Positions 10,373 through 19,600 of a stretch of DNA of 49,959 nucleotides are shown here, piece by piece. The number at the start of each line of letters is the position of its first letter. Position 1 is the stretch's first letter. The notes under the pieces are model-generated. The model was given only the letters and a program-made list of their open reading frames with translations, did not search any database and was not told where the DNA came from. The DNA is from Nanobdellati archaeon. Its GTDB lineage: Archaea; EX4484-52; GLR71. The DNA lies in assembly GCA_019429125.1 (NCBI GenBank), contig JAHYJO010000011.1, positions 1 through 49,959 of the forward strand, read 5' to 3'. The position numbers and the translations under genes are program-made.

Positions 10373-10617
10373 ATAGCAAACACATCGGTTAAAGATAAAG
10401 TGATAAAAATTGCGATATTATCAATCAAGACTGCAATTATAAGGACCACTATCAATTCATATATCTAAATAATTATGTGTTGTATTATAAATAGGTTTGT
10501 CACAAGTAAGAGATTGTAGAGCTTGAAAACGATAAGTTTATAATGTTTTACAAAGTGTAATATTAAATGAATATAATATCAATAAGTGATACTATATTGA
10601 ATTCTAGGGTGGATTAA

Positions 10618-11214
10618 TTGACAGATGATACTAACAATAACAGTACAAATCAAAAACTATCCGACATGTTTACTGAAATCAACGAATTTACAGAGGCAAT
10701 TAATGGAAAAAGTAAAAAACAAATACTAGATGATATTTTTTCTAAAATCAAAAAAGAAGGATATATCAAATATGCAGTACTTATAGGTTATAGTGGTTTT
10801 GTTGCATATTCATGTGGTGAATTGACACACGATGAGGCACAGATATATGCAGGACATGCACATAGACTTATGAACTTTTCAGGAATATTTGGTACTCAGA
10901 TGGATGAAAAATATGAAATACCTTATCTTTCTTTTGAACTTAATAAGATAAATACAGATTATACAGATACAGATTATACAGATACAGATCATACAGATAC
11001 AGATCATACAGATACAGATCATACAGATACAGATCATACAGATACAGATCATACAGATACAGATCATACACGTACTAAACAGATATTGATACATAAAGTA
11101 TCTGATACATATCTCCTGCTTGTAAAATATGATTCAAATACATCAGATTATTTAGGAAATGCAGTAGATACCATTCAGGAACAAGCTGAAAATATAAGAC
11201 GATTACTTTGTTAA
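10618..11214 (+). CDS. Roadblock/LC7 (MglB-like) domain protein with tandem-repeat insertion
   Basis: Pattern IKYAVLIGYSGFVAYS-helix-YLSFEL..QILIHKVSDTYLLLVKY...LGNAVDTIQEQAENIRRLL fits the Roadblock fold; TTG start after GGTGG. Confidence 0.7.
   Translation: MTDDTNNNSTNQKLSDMFTEINEFTEAINGKSKKQILDDIFSKIKKEGYIKYAVLIGYSGFVAYSCGELTHDEAQIYAGHAHRLMNFSGIFGTQMDEKYEIPYLSFELNKINTDYTDTDYTDTDHTDTDHTDTDHTDTDHTDTDHTDTDHTRTKQILIHKVSDTYLLLVKYDSNTSDYLGNAVDTIQEQAENIRRLLC
10952..11070 (+). repeat. 15-bp in-frame tandem repeat ACAGATACAGAT(C/T)AT encoding TDTD(H/Y)
   Basis: Read directly: six TDTDH units, one TDTDY unit and a partial NTDY unit. Confidence 0.97.
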
Positions 11215-11248
11215 ATTATTTTAAAAATACAAAAATTAAAATATAAAA

Positions 11249-11270
11249 AATTGGGAGTTAAATCCCATTT
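11249..11270. terminator. Possible bidirectional terminator between convergent genes
   Basis: Short hairpin TGGGA-GTTAAA-TCCCA flanked by A- and T-tracts. Confidence 0.3.
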
Positions 11271-11276
11271 TAATCC

Positions 11277-12512
11277 TTAATCAAAAATTGTTATTTCTGA
11301 TTGACCCACATCTGCTTTTGTGATGTTCACAACTGTTATTTCAAACACCAAAGTCTTACCGACCATGCCGGAGTTAAGATCTAAAGTTACAGATTTATCT
11401 GTCACGTCAACAATTGTCCCTTCACCGTATGGAGTTGATACTTTCTGGCCAGCAGTTACAGCAAAACCTATGTTTATCTTGTCATCAGTTAAGGTTATTA
11501 TGCCTGTACCAAATATTGTCTGTATACTTTCGCCATTTTTGGGATTCTGTATAAGTGTTATTGTTGTATCATTTTTTGAGGTTACAGTTGAATTCCATAT
11601 TGTCTGAGGGAGTACAACTGTGTCGCCTACATCAAGCATATACTCAATAGTAATGTTATCATCTGATACATCTTTGATACTGAAATTCCAAGGGAAAGAG
11701 TCGGAACCTACTACATTATCTACAATAGGATCTTCTGTAAATACCTGATTGAAATCGTCTCGAGATATCTCAAACGCACGTTCTAGAGTTATGATTCTAT
11801 CTATGCTTGTAGGCATCTCCACGATTCTTGCAGGATCAGCGGCACCATATGCGTCTTCAGGTGCTAATGTCACTGTCTTTGTTTCACCGATTGTCATATT
11901 TAATACAGCTGCATCAAAACCTTTTATCATCTGGCCCGCACCAACCCAAAAAACTAGAGGAGTGTAAGGTCTGCCTTCCTGATATAATTCGTTATCTTTT
12001 GCTACTTGTTCATAGCTTGTGTCAAACACTTCTCCATCTGTGAAACTGCCTATGTAATTGACAGAGACTGTGTCACCTGTTTCAACCATTATTGATGGTT
12101 CTGAATTGGACATAGAATTTAGATTATAATCACCAAAATTACTACCAGTTGCTGTAAGTACCAGTAATACCACAATCACAAGAGCTACAAATAGTAATGC
12201 AAACTTATTTAATCGATTGAATATATTTTTCTTTTCAGTTTTCTTCTGTTTTTTTGTATCTGCTTTTTTTGCTACAGGCCTTTTAGTGGCAGGACTTGTT
12301 GTCTTCTTTGCAACTGTCTTTTTTACGGCGGGTCTCTTTGTGCGAGAAGTATTGGTCTTTGCAGTACTTACAGTCTTTGAAACTGGCTTTTTAGCTTTAA
12401 GTGCTGCCTTCTTTGTTGCAGTTGTAGTCTTACTGGTTGCAGGTCTTGTGCGTCTGGGAGCAGTAGCCTTTACACCGGACGTTTTTTTTGTAGTTGATTT
12501 TTTTTCTGCCAT
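11277..12512 (-). CDS. Membrane-anchored FKBP-type peptidyl-prolyl isomerase with Lys-rich N-terminal tail and enlarged insert-in-flap region
   Basis: GDTVSVNYIG...FDTS, VGAGQMIKGFD, LAPEDAYG and GKTLVFEITV; ~100-aa K/T/A-rich N-terminus followed by a TM helix. Confidence 0.9.
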   Translation of the reverse strand: MAEKKSTTKKTSGVKATAPRRTRPATSKTTTATKKAALKAKKPVSKTVSTAKTNTSRTKRPAVKKTVAKKTTSPATKRPVAKKADTKKQKKTEKKNIFNRLNKFALLFVALVIVVLLVLTATGSNFGDYNLNSMSNSEPSIMVETGDTVSVNYIGSFTDGEVFDTSYEQVAKDNELYQEGRPYTPLVFWVGAGQMIKGFDAAVLNMTIGETKTVTLAPEDAYGAADPARIVEMPTSIDRIITLERAFEISRDDFNQVFTEDPIVDNVVGSDSFPWNFSIKDVSDDNITIEYMLDVGDTVVLPQTIWNSTVTSKNDTTITLIQNPKNGESIQTIFGTGIITLTDDKINIGFAVTAGQKVSTPYGEGTIVDVTDKSVTLDLNSGMVGKTLVFEITVVNITKADVGQSEITIFD

Positions 12513-12638
12513 AATTAATCATCTTTATGTAACATTATAATTGTGCACTACCTTTTTTTAGATACAATGATTTATAAATATTTTTATAGATCTGCAGGTA
12601 TTTCATGTTTTATTGCAGTGCATGTGGTTGCAACGACA

Positions 12639-14051
12639 TTACCCCCTACAAAAAAGGTCTCCGACAAAGGCTGTGGATGAGACTGTATCCCCAAGACCTA
12701 CTGTGACTTTGGCGTGACCTCCTAATTTTGTAGGCACAACTACAAGATAATTTTTCCCCACAGAATAAATACCAATACCTACCTTGTTGTTTAGATGCTT
12801 GTCAATCAATGCTATCTGTTTCAAACCGTCAGGATTCACAGGCACATCATTGCCTAGCTCAATGTCAACTGCGTGATGTATGAACCCATTTATACTTTTC
12901 GCAAAAGCTGACTTGACACAGAACAGGAGAGCATCGCGAGTCGTTTTGGGGTCAGCATAATCTTTGTCAGAAATGCAGAGCATATAATTGATATTATGGG
13001 CGTGGATACGTCTCAAGCCAGTCTTAAGTTTTATGTTCCTTATTCCTTCATAAAGTTCTTGCGCACTGTATCCTGAATGTTGGATGTTATCTGCAAGTTC
13101 TTTTTCACCCATAGCTTTCAGAAGGATGCAGGTCTCTCTCTCGTTGCAGCCAAGGCTGTCAACTTCAGGCAATATGTATTTGATTATGTTTGATACTTTT
13201 TTCAGGTCTTCTTCAGAAGTAAATTCAAAATGGATTTTCATTTTAGGGTTTGCATTCCGCATAAGACCTAACTGCACTTTTGCCTTGAAAAATTCTGTAT
13301 CTGTTGACAGTGACTGGTAACCACTTAGGAATGCGCGATTGATATCTTTTAAGACTACCTTTAAATTGTTTGCATATACTTCATCAAAAAATGGTTCCCG
13401 TCCTTTCGGCCGGTATGAAACTATGAACCTGTTCGTTCGTGGTACAGTGAAGGTATGACCTTTAGTCTTTACTACCATGCCTTTTTTGTATTCAAATATC
13501 AGATTTATCTTGGGTGTGTCATCTTTTGAAAATGCGCCGTTTGCTTTGATTGATGTTACGGTATCTTTTGTTTTTGATACTCGGAACGCTTTGATTTTTG
13601 AGTCATACATATCTGCTTCGGCTTCGGATAATTTCGGGTTATAGATTGTTATGTTTTTCATGCCAAGGTGTGACAATACATTTGCGACAATCCCAGCCTG
13701 ACCACCTATCCTGTAAGAATCATATTTTATAGAGTCTAATAGTTGGTTGTAGGTTTTTGTGTCTTCAATCACCCACTCCATAGCTTTACCAAGTTCCATA
13801 GAAACCAGTAGACCTGTACGGAAATCGTCAAGAGACCTTATGTCTTTTGCAGTTGCATTTTGTTTGAAGTTGAACTTGTCTATTTCAAGAAGTCTTAAGA
13901 AATCAGGGGTTATGTGTTCAATCGCATCCATGTTGGTGTTGAAAGCTACAAATATGCCTGATATTTTTTTTGTGCAACTCTCAAAATGTTTTGAGACGGA
14001 TATATATTGTTGGGTCCAAAATGTGTGAGGGTCAGTTTCCATGATAGTCAT
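12639..14051 (-). CDS. pfkC: ADP-dependent glucokinase/phosphofructokinase
   Basis: FNTNMDAI, RIGGQAGIVAN, FLSGYQ, HFEF, SLGCNERE and TVGLGDTVSS. Confidence 0.92.
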   Translation of the reverse strand: MTIMETDPHTFWTQQYISVSKHFESCTKKISGIFVAFNTNMDAIEHITPDFLRLLEIDKFNFKQNATAKDIRSLDDFRTGLLVSMELGKAMEWVIEDTKTYNQLLDSIKYDSYRIGGQAGIVANVLSHLGMKNITIYNPKLSEAEADMYDSKIKAFRVSKTKDTVTSIKANGAFSKDDTPKINLIFEYKKGMVVKTKGHTFTVPRTNRFIVSYRPKGREPFFDEVYANNLKVVLKDINRAFLSGYQSLSTDTEFFKAKVQLGLMRNANPKMKIHFEFTSEEDLKKVSNIIKYILPEVDSLGCNERETCILLKAMGEKELADNIQHSGYSAQELYEGIRNIKLKTGLRRIHAHNINYMLCISDKDYADPKTTRDALLFCVKSAFAKSINGFIHHAVDIELGNDVPVNPDGLKQIALIDKHLNNKVGIGIYSVGKNYLVVVPTKLGGHAKVTVGLGDTVSSTAFVGDLFCRG

Positions 14052-14099
14052 TTTATTTTCTCTCGTATATATAAGTCATCTTGTTATATGATTTTGTGA

Positions 14100-14759
14100 T
14101 TATGAGAGCATATTTATCATTACTTTTTTGGCGTCTTTTGTGTTTGTGATGCTAGATGCAATCAGGACACCGTCTGCGCCTAGTTCCATTGACTTCTTTA
14201 CATCGTAGGCAGTCTTTATGCCTGCACCGACCAGGACTTTTATATTTGGGTTTATCTTTTTTACAATTTTTACTGTCTCTGTGATTATCTCGGGTTTTGC
14301 TTTTGTCACTGAATGATTGCCACCTATCAGTTCTGGTGGTTCAAGAGCAATCATGTCGGGACCGAAACGGGCAATGGTTTTTGCGTCATCAATTGTGTCT
14401 GCACACACGATAGTCTTTAGATTATTTAATTTTAAAGCCACTATTGTCTTTTTAAGAATCTTGCAGTCTATCTTTTTTTCGGTATGATTTAAGATTGTGC
14501 CTTTTGCGCCCGCGAATTTAATTGATTCAGGGATGATTGCGCCGGTATTTGGACCGTACGTTGCAAGGTCTGTATGTTGCGCATATATTGGCAGTTTTAC
14601 AGCTTGAGAAATACGGTAAATGTCTGTGGCAGGGACTGAGAGGATTATCTTTGAACCTGTGTCTTTTACTACTTCTTCTATCTGTTTTGCAAGTTTTAGA
14701 AGTTTTGGTCCTGTGCCTGCCTGAAATGTCTTGACATTGATTACTATTAATGGCTTCAT
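14100..14759 (-). CDS. tpiA: Triosephosphate isomerase, short archaeal type
   Basis: INVKT, AQH, NHTEK, ALEPPELIGG and GAGI; 219 aa. Confidence 0.96.
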   Translation of the reverse strand: MKPLIVINVKTFQAGTGPKLLKLAKQIEEVVKDTGSKIILSVPATDIYRISQAVKLPIYAQHTDLATYGPNTGAIIPESIKFAGAKGTILNHTEKKIDCKILKKTIVALKLNNLKTIVCADTIDDAKTIARFGPDMIALEPPELIGGNHSVTKAKPEIITETVKIVKKINPNIKVLVGAGIKTAYDVKKSMELGADGVLIASSITNTKDAKKVMINMLS

Positions 14760-15081
14760 AGATTAGATTTGGGTCTGGGTGTTATATATAGGTTTATCCG
14801 ATTTTTATAGTTTAAATGATAATAAAAAACAAAGGATATAAAATAAGAACAATTCATATATGAGGAGTTTAATTCATCAATTAATTAGATACAATAATAT
14901 TGCACTTAAACCAATTCCAATCTCAGCATTATGATAAACTGAAAATTTTAAGAAGTCATAAAATAATGGATCATGAGTCTCGAGTTCATGTCGTCCATTA
15001 TCTTTAAGTCCATAACATACAATATTATTAGCCATAATCAATCACGATTGTTATATCAGTTATCAGTTAAATAATATATAA

Positions 15082-15555
15082 TTAAGTATATGCAACTTGA
15101 TCATCAGGGCTAAGTTTAGAAGGTGTGTATTTAGGTAAATTTATACCCTCCTCAGCATCATTTAATTCATCAACATCAAAGGAATCTCCATTAATTTTAA
15201 TTGCGTTATTATATACATCAATTAATAAATCATATGATGTGGGGTCAGTCTTTGAAGAAATCCCATTTTCATTCATGAAATATATATTATCACCATTCGA
15301 TAATTTATCATCCTCTAATAAATTTATATTTTCTCTTATTGCATACATGAGTATTGATATAGTACTCTCTTCAGATAATAAAATGGATATGGTTGCGTAT
15401 TTTTCAGAATGGTCCTTTATCAATAAATCACTAATTTTATCCATATAATTTTTTAATTCTTTTTTAGATGACTCAATATGCATAATTAAGTCTTTTTGAT
15501 ATTGTTCTTGCGTTATTTTTTCAAACATATAAACCATCCATTCATTTACATCCAA
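15082..15555 (-). CDS. Hypothetical protein, paralog A (C-terminus ...QVAYT)
   Basis: Aligns by eye with 16057..16539 (YMFEKITQEQY / YMYEKITQAEY); the real start is probably the MVYMF ATG. Confidence 0.75.
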   Translation of the reverse strand: MDVNEWMVYMFEKITQEQYQKDLIMHIESSKKELKNYMDKISDLLIKDHSEKYATISILLSEESTISILMYAIRENINLLEDDKLSNGDNIYFMNENGISSKTDPTSYDLLIDVYNNAIKINGDSFDVDELNDAEEGINLPKYTPSKLSPDDQVAYT

Positions 15556-15674
15556 ACCGGACTCTTATATTTGAGTTTTTAGGATTTATAAATCTTGTTG
15601 TTTTCACCACTGCTGTGTGTTGTAAATGTTTTGCATTTATAATCTTAAATAATATCAGACATAAAGTTATTAGT

Positions 15675-15929
15675 ATGAGAATACTTTATGGCGCGAAAAC
15701 TGCCTTTGACATAACAAGGGTTGAAAGAGAAATTATTGAGATTGAAGAGAGTATGAGCCTTAAATCTGTGATTGAAATTGTTTGTTCTAAATATCCCCGG
15801 CTTGCTAAAGAGATTGATGACGGTGATGTTCTAATTGTGCATAATGGGGCGCTTAGGTCTTATGATTCAGGTTATGATGTCGAGAATGATGATACTGTTG
15901 AGTTTGCGCCAGTTATACTTGGTGGATGA
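15675..15929 (+). CDS. Ubiquitin-like beta-grasp protein (MoaD/ThiS/SAMP family)
   Basis: 84 aa from ATG 15675; KYPRL, VLIVHNG and DDTVEFAPVILGG ending in C-terminal GG. Confidence 0.9.
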   Translation: MRILYGAKTAFDITRVEREIIEIEESMSLKSVIEIVCSKYPRLAKEIDDGDVLIVHNGALRSYDSGYDVENDDTVEFAPVILGG

Positions 15930-16056
15930 TTTTTGTTTTTAGTTTTTGAGTTGTCAAGAGATAAAGTGTATATTTTATCAGTTGATTGCCCTTAATTTTA
16001 TAAAATAAAAAATATAACTGTAAATTTTAATTTATAAATATAATTTATAAACCTTA

Positions 16057-16539
16057 TCACACATACATAGGTATACCAAGCTCTGCTTTTGTAGAATTAA
16101 CTTTTGGTACCTTAGGACTATTAGATTCAATAACAACAGCATTAAAATCTGTATCTGGTGAATCACCCATATTATAAGGTATACACATATTCTTCACCAT
16201 AAGATTATAACTCTCAATCAGATTGGCATAATCCTCATGTGTTACTCTTGAGGGGATTCCTTTATCATTTAAAAAATAAGTATGATCCTCTTCCATATAA
16301 GGTTTATCATCCAATAAGTTAATTATACTCAATTCTACAGAATCAAAAAGATCTGAAAGACTACTCTCCGGATGAAATATTGTTACTAATTCAAGATCAT
16401 TTTCATATGTTCTCTCACTCTTTAATAGCTTTAAAAGTGCTTCAACAGGTTTTATTAAAGTGTCACGACCCGATGCAATATTAGCACTTAAATATTGTCG
16501 ATATTCTGCTTGAGTTATCTTTTCATACATATAAATCAT
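16057..16539 (-). CDS. Hypothetical protein, paralog B (C-terminus ...IPMYV)
   Basis: Paralog of 15082..15555; its upstream region shares the AAGATTTATAAA promoter-like motif. Confidence 0.78.
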   Translation of the reverse strand: MIYMYEKITQAEYRQYLSANIASGRDTLIKPVEALLKLLKSERTYENDLELVTIFHPESSLSDLFDSVELSIINLLDDKPYMEEDHTYFLNDKGIPSRVTHEDYANLIESYNLMVKNMCIPYNMGDSPDTDFNAVVIESNSPKVPKVNSTKAELGIPMYV

Positions 16540-16694
16540 CTGAAATATAGTTTATAGACTCATGAAGGATGCCCATATTAAAGGACACAAGGTTTATAAA
16601 TCTTTGGGTAGTTGTTACTAGAGGGTTTAACACATAGTAGAAGTATTACATAAACTAAAGAAATTGATAATATTAAGAATAAAGATACTATAAT

Positions 16695-19600
16695 TTAATT
16701 ATGTTCTTTTAGGTGACTTTTGAAGCGCTCGTGGAGCAAGTCAATCTTAGTTCGACCAATAGGTGTGTTATTTGATGCACGCTCTTGTTTGTTATCAATC
16801 TTTTGTGTTGTTCCTTTTTTAAATGAGAATGAATGTAATGTGGTTTTCTTTTTTATTTTCTGGTTAAAGAAGTCACCTTTTGGTGTGTATGTACCTTTTA
16901 CCTTAGGAGGTATTAGCATGTATCCTAAAACTGCTATTAATACTATAAAGAAAAATGATGCCAACAATACTTTCTTAAACAATGATGAAATCTTTGATAA
17001 TTTTGATTCTTCTACAGAGATTAGCTGTTCAGCCTCACGTATAACACTTTCGGCCTTGTCTTTGAGTTTGAGTGCTTCAAATGTGTTTCCTGCCTCAAGC
17101 AATGACCTTGATTCATCAATAAGTTTCTTTGCCTCAAAAATCTTGTCTTTTGCAGTGCCAACCACAGTAGCATTTAAAGCGCCTACATATTTCTGGAATA
17201 TGCTCGGGTCTGAGATGTTTGAAATGAGAGCTTTGATGCGTTCATTGTACTGGTAAATTTGTGTTTCTATAATATCTAATTGTTTGAGACTGTAAATCTT
17301 ATTCGTGTCTGAAAATGAGACTTTTAATGTAAAACTCACTGTTTCATCAATATCGGTCTCATTTGCTGTAAGTCTTGCATTTATTGTGTAATCATTTACC
17401 TGCGCTGTGTCTGGCGCATTCAGGTCTACCATAAATGTTGCTGATGCGTTTGGTGCAAGTTCAACAATGTCTGCATTTATGATATTGTACCAATTTGACC
17501 AGGTAACTCCATCAAGTGTTAGGTATAAATCATAGATTGTTTCTGTTTTCTTATTTGTGACTGTCAGCTCAATATACTCAGTTGTACCTTGTTTTATTAC
17601 TATTAACTTATTGTATTTTATATCAAGATTGTCTGTTGTCTCAATAGTGTCAGTCGTGTTATTTTTTGTATCGGTTGGTTTTGACGAAGGTGTCAATGAA
17701 CCTGAAGGTGAGGTGCTACCTGAACTGCTGTCTGTATATGGTGCTATGTAAATTATTTTGAATGTCTGGTATGTATAACCTGTGATAACACGAGAGTCTA
17801 TAGTGTGGGTTGCTGAAATCTTGACATAATAAGTTCCGGTATGATTTAAGTTTGAGAAAAGGCAGGAATATTCACCGTAGGAATTTACTGCATCTGGGTA
17901 ATATTTACTATCATTCCAACTGCTAGATGCCAGATCTCTTATGAGACAGGTTATGTCAGCATTATCTATAAGAGATTCGTTATCCATATCATCGCTGTAC
18001 TTTACACTACCTGTGACTGTTACATCTTTTGATATGTTAACAGTTGAAGTTATGCCTATGTCTGGCAATGTTGGATCTATTGTTACGTCAAGCCAGACTA
18101 TATGAAGATTTGTTGAGTTTAATATTGTCTTTGTCGTGTTTAAAGGAGAAGTGCCATCAACTGAAATGTTATAGTTCTTTTCGTTGTCGCCATAAGGGAC
18201 TTGCCAGATGAATGAGTAGTCTCCATTTTCATCACTTGTTGTATTTGCTTTGATAGCACCATCTATATAAAGGTTGACAGCTGCATCAAATACTTTTGTG
18301 TTGTTCGTTCCTTCAATTGAACCAGAGATAGTTATCCAATCTTCTTCATTTGCGGTAGAGTCTGTTGCGTTTGTATTTAGTGTGATTGAATTGATTTCGT
18401 TTGTGATATTTATGAAATATTCCTTTTCACCAATATTATTAAATTCATCAAACACTTTGATCATTATGGTATGATTTCCTATTGAAGGATTAGTTATATT
18501 TACATTTGTATCATCCATGTTACCATTTTCATCAGATAATTGTTGAGCTGAACCCACTAGATTATTGTCAAAATATATTTTTACAGATGGCACTCCAATA
18601 ACAGTCTTATTAAGTGGTTTTCCTGTTTTTTTCTTTACAGTCCCAGTAAATGTAAAATTGAAAGTTTCTTGAGCTAAATATTTATCAATACTATCTTTAT
18701 TTATCGCAGTTTGAGAGATAGTAAGGTCAAGCCCATCAGTAATGTTAATATAAATTGTTTTTTTGAAGATATAATCTGATGTCTCGTTTTCAAGAGCATA
18801 TAATTTAATCAAATATTTCCCTTTAGGATAAAGCGTTTGGTTTGCTGAAATCGGCCATATAGAATCAATAAATGTAGAATCAATAAATGTCTCTGAAACA
18901 CCAATTGTGGAAACTGTACTATTTGACCAGACTATTGTATTCTTTGAGCCATTAACAAAAAATATTTCAGTAAATATTTTTGCATCAATTGCTGAGGCAG
19001 CATAAATTGATGTATTTATTGTAAGGTTATCACCATAATTAAAAACAGATATCGTATCTATAAATCCTCGAGGTGGCATACCTTCATCATCATAGACAAC
19101 ATAAAGTTTTGTAATCATATTTGCATCAACAGTGTAATTGATTGCATATAATGTGCGTCCTGATGGAAGTGATGATATATTCTGTAATGCAAATCCTGAT
19201 AAAATTATGCAGGGTCCTAAGAGATTTAAACCAGAAACATTACAATAAATTGTTTCAGTTGGTACTGGATATTTTATTGTAAGATTAGATATTGTAAATT
19301 GTGTAGGGTTTGAAAGAGAAAATTGTTCAGTAATATTATTACCAGTTGTAGGATTTGTGCGCACATCATGTCCCAAAACAGATAAGGTCTCGATAGATAC
19401 ACCCTCAGTAATGAATGTAAGATTCATCTCAGTTGTATGGCTTGAATAAAGTGTAGTGTTAGGAGAATATGGAATTGCAAAAACTACTGATTTTTTATTA
19501 TTTAACATATATTTAAAATCATCCTCCATAATTTTTGAATTTGACACAAGTGTTTCAGATTGATTATATTGTTCAGTTGTACTATCTGTTGTTGTATCAA

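Noticed and set aside
10879-11094. Cys/Met-rich (ICMIC)n ORF resembling a metallothionein
   Set aside because: Antisense reading of the TDTDH repeat inside the Roadblock gene.
14878-15036. About 50 open codons on the minus strand between paralog A and tpiA
   Set aside because: No usable start codon and no recognisable motif.
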